Source of the DNA: Xylographa opegraphella
Lineage: Eukaryota
DNA: 64,000 bases
Reading direction: 5' to 3'
Assembly: GCA_022813865.1 (NCBI GenBank)
Contig: JALDZX010000053.1
Location: 1 to 64,000 of the forward strand
The notes below the pieces were generated by a model. The model saw only the letters and a program-made list of their open reading frames with translations, did no database searches and was not told the DNA's origin. Below are positions 38,358 through 52,916 of this stretch, piece by piece (position 1 is the first letter of the stretch; the number at the start of each line of letters is the position of its first letter). The position numbers and the translations under genes are program-made.

Positions 38358-40400
38358 ATGAAGGTCTCCAGCAGTCTTTATACCTTTTTAATTCCTGCTG
38401 TTCTTGTCCGGTCACAAGCAACATAGTAAGTATGTCTCCCTGCTACTCCACCACTCAATCCCGGCTAGTTCACCATTCAGTGGGATTGGCGGTGACTGAG
38501 AATCGGCTGACCTGTATTTCAAGTAATGCTTCTTCACGTTCTTTTTCGTGTCCACTTAGCGGAGGCAGCTTTTGCGCTGCCGGCTCTATGTTATCAAGCA
38601 TAATAATACGATGTAGTGGGAGCATAGGCACAGCGGGTGACTGCAATGATGAGTGAGCACCTCACTCCGTGTTCTTCCTCTTCTTAGAATGTGTCTAATG
38701 ATTCTGTAGCCTTGCAGGCCTGCCTCCTGTGGGAAAGAAAAAAAATGCAGCATGTGCGTACTTTTGCACTTACATTCAATCCTCCTAGATTTTCATTCCC
38801 TAGTTGCCGAGTCTTGGCTAATACTTCAACAGGTTATCAATCCTCTCCATCTGCTCCTGACGCCTCCTGTACATTGGGTGGTGTTGCATATCAAGATCAC
38901 GGCATGCCATTCCTCCTTTCTTCCTTCATGAATCCACAATCGAACATAACATTACGTCTCCCTCAATCTGCACCAGCTTCGAACCAGTCATTTATAGCCA
39001 ACGCGACCGGTCTCATTAGAGCACCACCGCCTCCGCCCGACCTCAGCACTCCTACCACTCCCTTTGCTGCCGGACCAACGCCCTATCGGGCTAACAGCAC
39101 AGCTAACTCTACCTTCCCCACTCTCACGCCGTCATCAAATGGTTATACGTACTCACCGATCAGCCGTCCCTTAACTCAAGGAACTGGAAGCAGCCTTATC
39201 GCCGTTGGAACAGGTTCAGCGTCAGCTTCCACGGCAACTCCGGCTGTAGACGCCACCAACCACACATCGTCCTCAACACCACCGTACGGCATAGGCAATA
39301 CCACGACACCCCTTTCTCCAAGCTCGCAGTCTTCCCCCAACAACTCCACTTCCGCTCCTCCTCCTCCTCCTCCTTCTCCTGCTCTGTCGAATTACACTGG
39401 TCCATTTTCTAATCGCACCACAAGCCATCCTACCCCTCCGCCACTCCTACGCACCACCAACAGCACTTCTTTATCCACCAGTCCACAGAACAGCACAGCT
39501 GCAAACCCAAGTCGAAATATCGCGTCTCCTTCAGAACCTAGCACCAACAGCACCTCCGAGCCCTCCGTGCCCACTACACCACAGAACACCACGAGCCCGG
39601 ATGCTCCATCAAACACCGCACCTCCTGCCCTCCCCAGCACAAACAGCACCTCTCTACCCACCACCTCGCAGAATAATACGACCGCTAATTCAGGCTCAAA
39701 CACTGCGTCTCCTTCCGACTCCAGCACCAACAGTGCCAACAGCACCTCCGCGCCCACTACACTTCAGAACACCACGAGCCCGGACGCAGGTTCAAACACC
39801 GCACCTCCTATCTCTCCCAGCACCAACAACACGTCCCTACCCACCAGCTCGCAGAACAATACACCCCCCAACTCAGACCCAAACATAGCCTCCCCTCCCG
39901 ATGCCGCCCCACAAAACAGCACAACCCCCGACTCAACCCCAAACACCGCATCTTCTCCCCCCACCTCCCCGCAAAGTAACATAGCCCCCGACGCGACCCC
40001 AAGCACAGCGACTCCTCCCAGCGGCAGTATCAACAGCACCTCTCTCCCCACCACTCCGCAAAACAACGCAACCCTCAATCCCGGCACAAACAGCACCTCT
40101 CCCTCGTCCCCCCTTCTTAACAGCACTAACCCCCTTCCGGCGGGCACCGCCCCTCAGCCCGCTCCCGCCGAACCAGCACCCTATCGTAACGACACAGGCG
40201 GCGACACCTCGGCGCCTGCCGCGAAGCTGGCGCCCGCACCCACACTCGCAACTGACCCATCCGCGGGGCTCCTTGCGAGTCGCGGCCAGCCGGAGCGGAA
40301 CACGGCGCTGTTTACCAGCGGCGCGGGCGAACGAGAGGCGGGAACGTGGACCACGGCCATCGGGATCTCGCTGGGCGTGGCGGTGATGGCGGTGATGTAA
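38358..40400 (+). CDS. Secreted, probably GPI-anchored mucin-like protein with N-terminal Cys-rich module
   Basis: Signal MKVSSSLYTFLIPAVLVRSQA; spliced Cys-rich block (CPLSGGSFC...IIIRC...GDCND/DLAGLPPVG...C/YQSS...DASC); many N-x-S/T sites in internal repeats; hydrophobic C-terminus. Confidence 0.8.
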
Positions 40401-40975
40401 ACATGGATTCGCAAGTATGGTAATGGTTGAGAGGGTTGGAACCTGCGTGCGGGTTCGGCGCTTTCAGAGCAGGCTTTTTGTTGGCGTTTGGGTATTGCAT
40501 AGCGTTGGGCGTTTGGTATGGGGCGAGGCGGAAGACAAGGTTCAGCACAGCACAGCATAGCATAGCGGAGCGGAGCGGTCCATCGTTTCAAACCTATCCT
40601 GCAGGACTTCCTCCTGTTTGCAGAGGGCATCTTCTCAGGAATCAAGGGACGGTACAGAGTCACGGTACCACGTACAGCAGAAGATTACGCAAACAACTGG
40701 TGTGCTGCCCGCAGACCGACCCATCACCCACACTTATCGAGCACACAGATAACCTAGAGCCAGCTCAATACAATGCAAGCCTATCCGCCCAAAGCAAAAT
40801 CTGTAAGTCAAAGCAAGGGAAGGGTCATTGCCAAAGTCATAGGAAGGGTATAATGGTCTACTGCGAATGAAACGCCTTGATGATGCAACCCTCGCATTGC
40901 ATCAAACTGCAGTCGTCGATGGCAGGTTCGTAATGTTTGAGGAAACAGACCGTGTAAGAAGACCGCTCATTCTGC

Positions 40976-43900
40976 TTAGCGCAACTTCTATGGGATCAAG
41001 GGTCAGCCACATAAACATAGTTTAGACCCACGTATACGATAGCTTACTGTGCTTGTGGACGTCGCCACTGCAGCTGCTACTGCGGCCAGGTCCGGCTTCC
41101 CGCTAGCTACCCGTGGTCCTCCTAATCGTGGCAATGCCGAGCTTGACATAGAAATGGATGCAGCACCATTTGCGATCCTCCTAGGATTATTATCAGCAGT
41201 AGCGATAGGCTGAAATCCCGTCATCGTCGAGTGCCTTTTTGGTGCAATTCGTTTACTTGGTGATCCGCTGGTTTGTCTTTCCATATTCCGCACATGTGTT
41301 CCATTCTTGAGACTGGTTGTCGGAAGTTCAGGAAGTGGACGTATAGCGCTCGCTGGTGTGTGGACAGAGTTGAAGCGCTTCATGGGGGATGAATTGACGT
41401 TGACAGCCGAAGATGGTAGCGAGCGTAGGTTACGAGTCGATGGCGGTTTGATACCGGTAATAAACTCGTGAGAAATAGCCTCCTCGGGCTTCATGCGCCT
41501 CTCTGGATCCCAGCGAAGACAACGAGCGATAAAGTCCAAGAAGGTATCATCATCGCACTTCAGAGCCTGCTGAAGAGTCTTCGAGCTGGGACGCCGTCGC
41601 TTACCCTTGGACGAGACAGTAAGTCGTGGTTTTCCGAGCGAATCGAAGAAAAGCTTTTTGCGGGTGCTTTTTTCTATTAGGTGTTTATCTGGAGGGCCGA
41701 ACACTTCCATTATGCATGCAAGTTGTTCTTGCTCATTCTCTCCTGGGAAGATAGGATACCCAGTCAAAAGTTCAGCCAGTATGCAACCCAAGCTCCACAT
41801 ATCGATTGGCATACCATAAGTCATTCCTAGGATGACTTCGGGAGAGCGGTAGAACCGTGACTGAATGTAGGTGTATACTTTTTCATTCTCAAGACAGCTT
41901 GATCCGAAGTCAATAACCTTGATCTCCGAGTGGATAGGATGTGCCAAAAGAATATTCTCCGGCTTCAGATCGCAATGGATGACCTTGTGACTCTTGAGGA
42001 GAACAAGACTATTGAGCAACTGTTTTGTGAAACGTCGGATAAGCTTAACCGAGAAACCCTTGAAGTCATGTATCTTGATGAACTCATACAGATTCATTCC
42101 AAGAAGTTCAGTTGAGATACAGAGATGACCACGAAAGTAGAAGCTCTGAGTGAAGCTGACCATGCTGAATTTGCTTTGTGGATCCTACCAATATTGTTAG
42201 TCGAACCAAGCCGAGATAAGCATGGATACCTCACCCATTCTCTAAGCTTTTGCAGGATGTTGACTTCAACTAAAGCTTGCTGATGAAATCGCTTCTTGTT
42301 TCTGATGATCTTGATCGCTACTAGACCACCTGTTTTGTGATCTATGCAGCGGACGACTTGACCAAAGCTGCCCTTTCCCAGGACATCAATAATCTCGTAC
42401 CGATATGACAGATGGTCCCCATTGACAATGTTGTAGTCACCACGTTCATCATCGTATCCGAAGTTAGCCGCCTCGGATTCCAAATTCCCGGTAAATTTCA
42501 TGGCAGTTTGAGTGCCACAAAAATAGACTTCGTTATAATCTATGATCTCGCCGCGCTCGAAGATGTTCAGCTTAGCGGTTCGTAATGCTTGAGCGGCCGA
42601 GACTCTTTCTTTAGGGACAGCCCTTCGCCGCAGCTCATCTAGCTCCTTAGCAGCACTTTCCGTGTCTTTGCGTTTCACAGCTAATCTCTTCATTTCATCT
42701 TCTGCCCCAAGATCATCACGGTCTAGTTTCCCATCAATTCCACGGACTTGAGAAACTGGGCTTGTACCGTTAGCTATGGCTGACTTAATGTTGGGGAGGG
42801 TAGCAAGCGCCACTGATCTTAATGGTGCTTTGCCAGATTTGGGTTCTATTGATCGAAGAAGGGATGTATCCAAAGTTCCATCCAGATAGATAGTCTGAGC
42901 AGTATCGACTTTCGATATCGCTTCGGCATTAGATGCCTTTCGTTGCGAGGAATATATTTGCTTCTGTATAGGACTTGGATTGGAAAGCCACGGGCCATTC
43001 CAGGCAGTTGATGCGGGTAGCCCTGGGGGCATCATAGCATCATGCTTCGGTGGCTGTGGCCGATATTCTGAGTCTCGTATGGCAAATTTTTCTGCCTTAG
43101 ATATGCTTCTCTTCCTGGTCAAGCTAAGCTTTCGTCGAATAGTTCGCCCAAAAGAGTGACTTTCAACCTCCATAGGGCTTGAAGGTTGGCTCTGTGCAAT
43201 GGTCTTCGTATGCTTACTCGGAATTTGTTCTCGAGGGCCTGTCAAGCGGCTAGATTTGGTTTCGGTACCGCTGTCACTAAACACACGTTCGGAAGATGCT
43301 TTGGGCAAAAGCGACTTGAACTCTCCACTACTCTTAGGTAAAGAAGAAGATATGAAGGGCGAAACAGCATTGACTCGAGTCCAGTTGTCCAATGATTCTT
43401 GTGCACTGGAGCTTGAACTGCTGGCTGCACGAAAGGAAGGGGAGTCAGACCTTGTCGCGTAGTGAGAACTACTACTCCGGTTTTGAGGCGGTAACGGAAT
43501 GGTTTCCATTTTATACTGGTGCCGAGAGAAAAAGCTAGCCTTGGAAGCAGTCATTGGAGTGCTTGGTGTTTTCATTTGACTCCTTTTGGGAGGGGGAGTT
43601 ATGCCACTAGCTTGATACTCCACGGTACGATCATGCAATGCTGCGATTTTGTCCGCAGTGGGCGTACTTAGCGGCAATAAATTGAGCGGCGGTAATCTGA
43701 GAGGCTGCAAATTTCTGATGCTGCTATGCGCTCCACGACTTGGTTGGTCCTCGTTACGAATCTCTTTGACCACTGTCTGTCCCCGGCCTTCGTAGTTATT
43801 CGAAGAAAGGAACAAAATCTCCTTAGCAGGTGGGGGTGCATAGGCGTTTTGGTCAGTGGAAGAGCTATTTTGGCTACTTGTGTCAAAAGTGAGACTAGAT

Positions 43901-45739
43901 TTCCTCGAAGCAAAGAATGGTATATCAAGCTCGTTTTTGGGGGATTCGTAGGCTTTTGGAATAGCAGGAACTGGAGGTACTTCCTCTTCGTTGCCGTTTG
44001 TGGCAGTTTCGTTGCGACTTTTGAGTGTAGGTAACCTAGATGAAGATGATGTAGGCTGCAGTCGTGATAAGTTTGCTGGTGGTTTGATTGAATTATAGCT
44101 GGTATTTGACGAATTCGAAACGACAGAGCAGTAGGATTTACGATTATGATCAGGCGTAGTCCGATTCGACGAGGGCGTAATGCTCTTCCGCGGAATCAGG
44201 GAAGAAGAGTCCGCAGCAAGATTCACGGCTGAGGAGCTCAAATCGGGTAGAGATATCAGTGGCGACTGCGGAAGAGGCGGCGGATTTGGCATCATTGATA
44301 GTCGCTTCAGTCGGCGCACGTCTGTAGGACTGATTGTTCGGGCACCGAGGCCAGTAGCATGCCCAGGTACAATGGATAACCGTTTAACCGAAGAAGGGGT
44401 AGTCGTCCCATGGTCATGCGCTCTATTGGGCGATCGTCTAGTACTAAGAGAACCTCCTGAGTTGTCAGGAGTGTTTGAAGATATAAGAGGGTAACCTTGA
44501 GCAAATGTAGCTGATGCATGGAGAGACTTGGCTTTCAAATCACCCGCTGCCAGGTTCGAGTAATGTTCTTCTGCTGCTAAGAAGGTAGTTTCCGTCGACA
44601 CTGGCACGCGACTGTCGATTGACGGAGCGGAGTGCCCCTTGATGCTATAAATCTGCTCGGCTTTCAGTAGACTAGCTTCCTTGAGAAAGGCGTAATCCGA
44701 AGAACTACTTGGGATAACCCCTGGCCCTATTGACTTCCTTGGAGGGCGACTGATGTTGAGATTGGTCGTGGATGTAGGAAAATGGCTTTGACGCCGGCTT
44801 TTCGTTGCCACCAAAGTCTCTGGAGGGGCCATAACTTCGAGTTTCGACGTCGAGAAGGACGGCTGTATTCTTGGACGCAGAAAACTATTTTGCCGCTGCA
44901 TCAAAGACCCACTACGGCCTAGGCGTCCCTCAGGATTGACTGTTGATGCCGGCCTGGAAATGCCATTGTCCTGAGCGTTATGATCTCTGTCCACATCATT
45001 CAATTTTTCTCCTGGAATTGCTCCGTACCCGCCTCGTTTCCTTGGCCCAGCCCCGACGTTTGCTACTCCCGATGTGATGCTCGAGTGAAAGTCGTCAAAG
45101 TTCACAGCTGGAAGGAATGGATACCCTTCTGAACCAGCATCGTGCTCTTTCTTCTGACCAGGGCCTTTTATATCAGTATCAGATGTGAGGGTATTGTTGA
45201 TAGAAGCCTGTCGAGAATGGACAACCTGTCTTACGCTGGACGAGGTGGACCGGTAAGGAATAGCAGTTATGTTAATCGGGTTCCTAGAAATGATATCATC
45301 ATCAGTATTTGACCAATAGCATAATGTAGTGACCAGACAGCAAGACATACTGCTTGGACGGTGATCTTTGTAGTTGCTTAGTACCCAGGGGAACTTTGGT
45401 ATCACGGAGGGACTGCCTTCTACGACTCGCAACGTTTGACCGTGAATCTGGGTTGTTATTTGACGGAGCCTCGTCTGGTCTTCTTGAAGACAATGATTTC
45501 AAGGAAGGGCTCTTCTGCAGTCTCTTTCGCCCTCGGCCTTCTAAACGACTTCTGTCAGCTGGGGAATCCTTGACCGATCATGCAAGAACCCGAGAGGATT
45601 TCGTACCTCCAAAACTCGACTGGTCTTGCACCGTAGCCTCCGAGACTCTGCTCTGCGGTTTATGCATCTCTGCAGTCAGACTGTTTCCACTGTTGTTTCC
45701 ACTGGCAATACTATGATGCCTTAATACTTTGGCTGGCAT
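40976..45739 (-). CDS. POM1: DYRK2-type dual-specificity kinase, Pom1-like
   Basis: GYDDERGDY; LGKGSFGQV; VAIKII; HCDLKPEN; DFGSSC; YTYIQSRFYRSPE. Long low-complexity N-terminus; the exact start is uncertain (a short upstream exon near 45845 is possible). Confidence 0.9.
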
Positions 45740-46850
45740 GTCGATCTAGAATGTTTCGAGGCTGCAGCCGAGGCCCGGGATGGCCACACACTCGAGTGTG
45801 CCTGACTTGCAAGACGGACGTTTGGAGCCCTTGGATCCCATCCATATATGAGGGGAAGTTCGTAGTCGTTTGGTCTAGGTGCATATACCCGGAGTGGAGG
45901 TCAAAATCAACGCGACTCCATACTGGCAATGAATGTTAGACTCCTCGTCATTTATCTATCGATCGCTCGCAATCTGTACTGGCAAGTGCCGACATAAAGA
46001 TGCCCTTCTATCTCTCTTCACTGCAATGGGATGACTTCACGATAGAGGGTATGCAACGTGCTGTTGCCCGGGAACGAGGGAGCTTCCCGAACGACTGTTC
46101 ACTGCTGTACGTGCAGGGGTCGGGGACGGCGCCAATGAGCTTAATTTTGCAAGCCGCTCACAGGATTAAGGTAGGTACTGTAGGAAGTGATTGGCTACAA
46201 TGATACTGACGATTGAAAGTTCCATCGACAGACATCAGGTATCTGACACAATGACTATGTATGCATTCTGATTGTGTAGCTCTACTGTGTCCTCAAAGCT
46301 AGTGGGGCCACACCGACTTTGTCGACAATAACCACAAGGGTCAGGTCGACAGTGGAGAGATGCAACTATCGGGGCGTCCCTTGATGCTGCCAATGCGAGA
46401 ACTGAATCGTACCTACGGAGCTATGACTCGAATCTCGTCTAATAATTACCGCTGATTGTCTTCTGTAATTCAGCATTCGGTGTATGAGAAGAGGACAACT
46501 CCTGGCCAATTCGGATGGATCTAGCTACTGAACAAACTGGCTTGCCAATCAGAACTGCCGCCTCCTGCAATTCCACGTACACCGTGTAGTGCTTGATACA
46601 GGCTCTGACTTGGGTGCTGACGGACGTGAAGCCAAAGAAGGACATACACGTGAGACGGCGAGACACCGGTGGCTTGATGAACGACGGAGAACAACAAATT
46701 GATCCACGTGGATAATGCTACGCTAAGAAGCTGTTGGAAAAAGCAGAAGTCAATTTTTAACGGAGACAAAGCAATAAGACCCCTGTCTTTGTTTAAATTT
46801 TGTTATCCAACAGTTGACTAGCTTATTTTACAGCGTCCAAGTTGCGGTAA

Positions 46851-48337
46851 TCATGCCCAGGAAATTCTGATGACAGCAATGTTAGCGATGATTATTGATA
46901 TATCTTTACAAGACCTCAACTCAGACAATGCCTCATACAAATAACATGCAGGAAAGAACTCACTAACCCTAGCATAATGCTGGCCCCAACCGCCATGGCC
47001 AAGAATTGTTGCAGGGTCTTCATCAGCTCCTCCGTTTTATGACCATCGGTTTCTACAAGTAAGATATCTGGAATGACGGCCACAGTAGCAACATATAAAA
47101 AGGTGCCAGCTGTAAAAGGCAGGAGCAAATCTCCCCAACCAAGTCCTGTTCCTGCTAGACCTGAGTTTCGAGTATCATCCAATCCGACCGTTCCGGAAGA
47201 TGCTTTTCCCATCTCCTGTACCGCTATGCCTAAGCAAGTGCCCAAGAATGCACCGGCTGCAGTTAAGAATTGTGCCCCCATAGCCTGTTTCTTCGAGAAA
47301 CCAGACTGAATGAGAAGTGCGAAATCACCTACCTCATGTGGAATTTCGTGGAAAAAAACGGCCATTGTTGTCGTTGCTCCTAGTGTTGGCGAAGCATAAA
47401 AAGAAGACGAAAGGGCGAGACCATCCGTGATGTTGTGGGTAAAATCAGCTATAAGATTAAGATATGCCGAAAGACGAATCGATGGCGAGCTCCTTGTTTG
47501 CGTCTTCGATATATCATCTTGGGAGGCAGCTGATGTGCTCTTCTCCGAAGGTCCTTTACGTAGCTTGACCGCATCGCTTGGAGATGTGGCAGAACGCGCT
47601 GTAGAGACAGAAGTGGATAGGACCAAACCTTCTCCAGTATCACTAGGTCTTTTGTGTTCATACTTGTGGCCATGTCCATCCGAGCTCGCCGTTGCAATCC
47701 GGAGACCCTTGTCCATAGCCACGAACGTGACAAACCCAACCATTATTGCTACACCAAGGAGGATATTCTTGTTAGGTTCCACAAGGACAAAACGTGCATG
47801 CTCAGGCGTAGATTCTCCGAGAAAGATCTCTGGAAGGAGATGAAAGAGTGTATCGCCAAGGAGGCCGCCGACAGCAAAGGCGACCATTACCGAGAGTGAG
47901 GCCGTGTCAATGTTTGGAGGGCATAGTGCTAGTAGAAAGTCTGTAGGTCTAATTAGCAGTTAGCTTCATGTTCTGAAGGTTCAGCTGTACTGGGTGGGCC
48001 TGATATGTAAAGCGTTGCGAGTAGCGCATTTACTGCTGGGCTTCCGGGAAAGATTACGGCGAAGACACGGGCGGTTAAGCTTGATGTTAATGGTGTTGTT
48101 GCTTGCCTATGCCGATTGAGATCTTGGACGAAAGCGCATTGCTACCGTTCGTCAGCTCAGACAGGCTCGATGAATTATGGATTTGGGGCGTACTACCTGA
48201 AGCTCATCCTCGATCTCGACGGCGGTCAATTGACCGATGTGACAACTTGCTTCCTTTTCAGCAGAACAGCGCAGAATACCGAAAGCCAACATGAGCATGA
48301 GTGTGACACGCCACATGTGTGGCAGTCGAGCGAACAT
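46851..48337 (-). CDS. YKE4: ZIP-family zinc transporter, Yke4/ZIP7-like
   Basis: FAVGGLLGDTLFHLLPE; LNLIADFTHNITDGLA; FFHEIPHEVGDFALL; FTAGTFLYVA. Signal peptide. Confidence 0.92.
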
Positions 48338-48565
48338 GATTGCGGATGCTATCGTTGCTATTGTCTGGTTGCATGATTTGGACAATACCTGATCGAGATC
48401 CCTCCCCAAGCCGAGTCGAGCCGGCCGAGGTTGCGCTAAGATAAGCCTTACCCGTAGAGCAAGAATGACCGCGAATGAGATTTGATCCACAACCACTGAG
48501 CCACTGTAGCATCTACGATACATACATCACTTCTTCTCAACTTAAATCTACTTCGTTCGTAAACC

Positions 48566-49302
48566 ATGGGCCGCGAGCTGCAAAAGAAGAAGAATAGATC
48601 TTCGATACCCAAGGTCAAACACAAACCGAAATCGAAAAGGCTGCATGTGCTGGGTAATGCTACTGTTGCTGCTAACTGGTAAGAATTAAACTCTAGTTCA
48701 GGTCTCAAAGAGATATGTATATCTGAAAGCTTCCCTCCTACTTACATGTTTTCCGCAGGGACCAAGCCCTGACGCTTTCTCAGAATTACCGTCAATTAGG
48801 CTTGACGTCAAAGGTAAATGCTCGTACTGGTGGGACTGAAAGGTCAAGCTCTCAGATCGAAAACAATCCGCACAGTACGATACAGGCAAAGGATCGGCTG
48901 TCGGTGGTTTCCAAGCTACCTACATCTATCGCGCCCTCGGAAGCACGGATAGAACGAGATCCATTGACTGGAGTTATTCTGCGAGTTTTCCACTCAAACA
49001 CCACATTACCAAACCCCCTCGATGACCCATTGAACGAAGTACTCGAAGTATACGATGACGATAAACCCCCGGTACATCGATCCGGAGGTATAATCCCGGA
49101 ACTAGAAGAAGAAGCCTTAATGGAGGCGAAGAAACGGCCGCGGCAGCAGAGCAAGCGAGAGGAGGATTGGATATCGAACCTCGTCATGAATTATGGAGAA
49201 GATTTCGGCAGTATGACGCGAGATCGTAAACTCAATCCCTACCAGCAAAGCGAAGGTGATTTGCGGCGAAGGGTAAGGACATGGAAGGAAAAGCGAACCT
49301 GA
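48566..49302 (+). CDS. NOP16: Nucleolar protein Nop16
   Basis: MGRELQKKKNRSS...ANW/DQALTLSQNYRQLGL...YGEDFGSMTRDRKLNPYQQSEGDL. Confidence 0.92.
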
Positions 49303-49602
49303 GAGCAATCGAATCATAGTCCATGCCTTCTGTAACCGAGTCAAATCTCTTCATCATAGCGCGATTGCAAATTGTAGACCTTGAGTGTCCCATAACTGGT
49401 GCTTTCGGTATGAGTGCTTTCAAACACGACGTACCAGTACCTTCTGGTACTAGGTACCGGAAAGTCTCGCCTTACAAGGTCCATTACCTAAGATGGAATT
49501 CAAGCCGCCTTTTAGGCTCAACTTCATAGGTACACGGCGGATAGCGAGGGAAGTCCGAATATTGAGGAACTGCTCTTTATCTTTTACATACTAGTCAACA
49601 GT

Positions 49603-51533
49603 ATGGTAGATAATGCTGATAAGGAAAAGGCGGATAAGCTTGCGGCAGCAAAGAGAAGAGTATGGTTCCCATACCATGCACCATTATTCCACAACAAGCT
49701 CCTCAATAACGCGCTGACATTCATATTATAGTTCGAGCAACTGAAGAAGCAGAAAGAAAAAACGAAAAAGGTTACTGAGAAGGCCGCTGAGAAGAATGAC
49801 GAGGATGGTGAGCTACTACCTGACGATGCTTCGAAAAATAGCACCTTAGTTGCAGCCGTCGCGTCATCTAGAGACGTTTCAGGTACGGTCGAAAGTACTA
49901 CAACTAGTGACGGTGGAGGTGTCCCAGAGGAAATAGATGCTGTCACGGACCCAGAGACATCATCAAAGCCTTCTCATCACCGCCAGCCCTCGCTTAGCCT
50001 TCAGTCTAGGATGCGATCCTCCTCATTCCGCCGAACCTCCATACCCCAAACACCTCTATCACCTACTACAAACGGCAGCAAACAGCTAGGCCTTCCTGCT
50101 CTTAGTCCTGATGGTGATGCTGTGACAGAGATCTATAGGAAGCAAGCATTTCGACTGGATGAGCTCGAAAAGGAAAACAGAAAGCTTTTGAAGGAGGTCG
50201 AGGCTGCGGAGAGTAGATGGCGTGAGACCGAAGAGGAGTTGGAAGAACTGCGAGAGAACAGCGGACAGGTGGCGGCATTGAAGGATCGTGCAGAGAAGGC
50301 CGACGCAAAGACTGACGAGGTTAACAAACTTGTAAGTCAGACGCTCAATATTTTCCGACAAACCCACCTTTAGCTACTAATAATCTGTTATACTAGAGAT
50401 TTGAAGTAACCTCTTTGCAACGACAGAATTCCCATCTCCAATCGCTCACCAGCAAAGTTCCTCGTCATGCTAGCTCACCACCACAAGCCAGCAAACCGAC
50501 TGATCTTCTTGCCCAGCTCAACTCGAAATCCTCTACAATCGAATCTATGGAAATGGAGATCTCAAATCTCCGGACCGAGCTAGAAAGACACTCATCCATA
50601 TCCGACTCTCATGCGGAGCAAGTAACTGCATTGGAAGAGAAACTAGACAGAGCCGAACGGGCAGCTGGCGCTGCCCAGCGGGAACTGTTAGACGCACGGA
50701 GGAATCTAGACCGTGCGAGTGAAAAGGCTGTTAAGGAAGGGAGCGAGCGGACGTCAACAGAAACGCGGATAAAGGCCTTGACGCGTGAGGCCGATGAGTC
50801 CAAAAAGAACGCAGGAGAGTCATGGAAGCGTGTAGATACACTGGAGAAGAAGCTGGCTGCTCTGACCAATCTACACAAGGAGTCCGATTCGCGACGTCAG
50901 AATGGGGATCGCGAGCGAGAAAGAGCAGAGAAAGAGGTCCGGGAGCTTAGTAAGAAGATGGTGGGAATTGAGACTGAGAATCTGAGATTGAAGGAGGAGC
51001 GAGATAGACTAAAAAAGAAAAGTGTTGGCAACGGAGATGCTGATGAAGGGCTGGATGAACTGGAGGATATGGAGAGGACGAGGCTGGAGGCTAGAGTAAG
51101 GGAGTTGGAGGGCGAAGTGTTCGATCTTAGAAGTGGAGTATGGAAGGAGAAGAAAGAGGAGATACAAGGTGGAGATGAAGGAATACCAAGAAGTCCAGGC
51201 GGAGATTTTGATGAAGTCGACCTGAGCGGACCCATGGGCCTCACGCGGCGGCAGAGCCCGAGGCCTGGTATTGGACAAGGATTTGCAAATGTCTTGAGTA
51301 ATGGATTTAGTGCTTTTACTGGAGGAGTTGAGCGCCCAAGTGCACATTTGGTAGCCGATGATGATGGATTCGATGAAGACGCATTTCGCCAGGCGCAGGA
51401 AGAGGAAGCTAGACAACGAGTAGACCGAGTCAAAGAAGTCAAGAGACGCCTGAAGGACTGGGAAGGGTGGAGAATGGATCTGGTGGATACCAGGGTAGGA
51501 GGTGGAGGAGCGGGAGATATATTTGATGTTTGA
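49603..51533 (+). CDS. Coiled-coil golgin-like protein (Bug1/GM130-like termini)
   Basis: N-terminal basic motif KLAAAKRR/FEQLKKQK, long heptad coiled coil and hydrophobic C-terminus GDIFDV. Two introns. Confidence 0.7.
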
Positions 51534-51783
51534 TCGTTAAATAATGGAATTGACTTCCTGATGCATCCATTCCTCCAACAGAGGAACTCCGTTGGTATTC
51601 ATTGGTTAATTCTGATTTTGCTGTTCAGAGTTCATATCGTACAACGGAAACCTCTTGCATACAAACAAAAGCTGCTTTGAGGAAACCCGGAACGCCGTAA
51701 ACCTTTCTGCAACGTTCATCTCATCCCACGAGTGCTAATGGTTTCAAGCGCCAGAGCGCCATAGCGACCGAGATCGCAATCAA

Positions 51784-52916
51784 TCAAATTTCCATCGACT
51801 CCGCAATGTCCTCGCTGATTCCACGCATGGTGCTTTTGCTACGACCTCGGCGCCTGCAAGCATTGGCCGCTTCGTCAGCACTGAGCACGTAATTAAACTC
51901 ATCATCGTCAACCATTAAAGACATTTCTACTCCTGGTATCTCTTCTTCCATCAACGCTGCTTCAACAATCTCGTCATCTTCTCCCCAACCACCGGATATA
52001 TCGCCATTGGTTCGGTCTCCCAACCAGTATTTTGCGCGCTTATGTGCGCCAGAGTCTGCTCTTCTCCAATCACCATCAGCGCTCCGTTTCGTAGATATCG
52101 GTGTTCTCTGGATAGGACTATGACTGATTATACTTAATCCTCGTAGGTATATGTAGCATACCCTTTTTCTCGACTTGTTGAAGAAGAAGTAATTGAAACT
52201 CCAGATTGCGCCCTCTTCACCATCATAGGGATCCTCTTCCGGTGAGTAGCAATAGACGCTGCATTCGTTCAAGCCCATTTCTTTGTCGATACTTCGCCAC
52301 ATCTTGGGACTCCATGGCTGACTACCGCTTAGGGTAGGAGGCCCCGTTGTTGTTGTACTAGAAGACCAATGAGGTGGTCCACCGAGAAAGGCATTTGTAG
52401 GACGCGGCCTTAAGTTATATAGCGTTGTATCAAGTGTATTCATTACATTACGCAAGCTCTTCTCGCGGCGAAAATCTGTTGGTCGAAGTAAGTGTGAAAA
52501 GTCATAGTCTGGGTGACTTGCATTCAGTGTCGCGATGAGGTATGCAAATGTACGACGACTTGAGATTTGACTTAATGGACCAAACGGGCTCGATCGAGAC
52601 AAGTTGAGAGATGCAGCAGCCGAACTTGCATCTGGTGGGGAAAGCGACGCAGAAAAGCGTAACAAGGACTCGTATTGTGTCTCCAACGAATGTTCGATAT
52701 TCTTATAGAGTTTCTTGTCGCTACCAGCCGCCTTGGTAGTATATAGATCACATCCACCTACAACATGACAGTCGGCTGTGTCAAAATTGAGGGCATTCGT
52801 AACATCGTCGAACTCACGAAGAGGGAGGTACTGAAAGAGAGGCGTTAGCGAAATTGTTAGACAGGCTTAAAAGGGCACAGAGCGCTGGCTCCGAGTCACA
52901 TGAAACACACCTTCAT
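51784..52916 (-). CDS. MAF1: RNA polymerase III repressor Maf1
   Basis: MK/YLPL...GGCDLYTTKAAGSDKKLYK; FAYLIATLNASHPDYDFS; WSFNYFFFNK. Confidence 0.95.
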
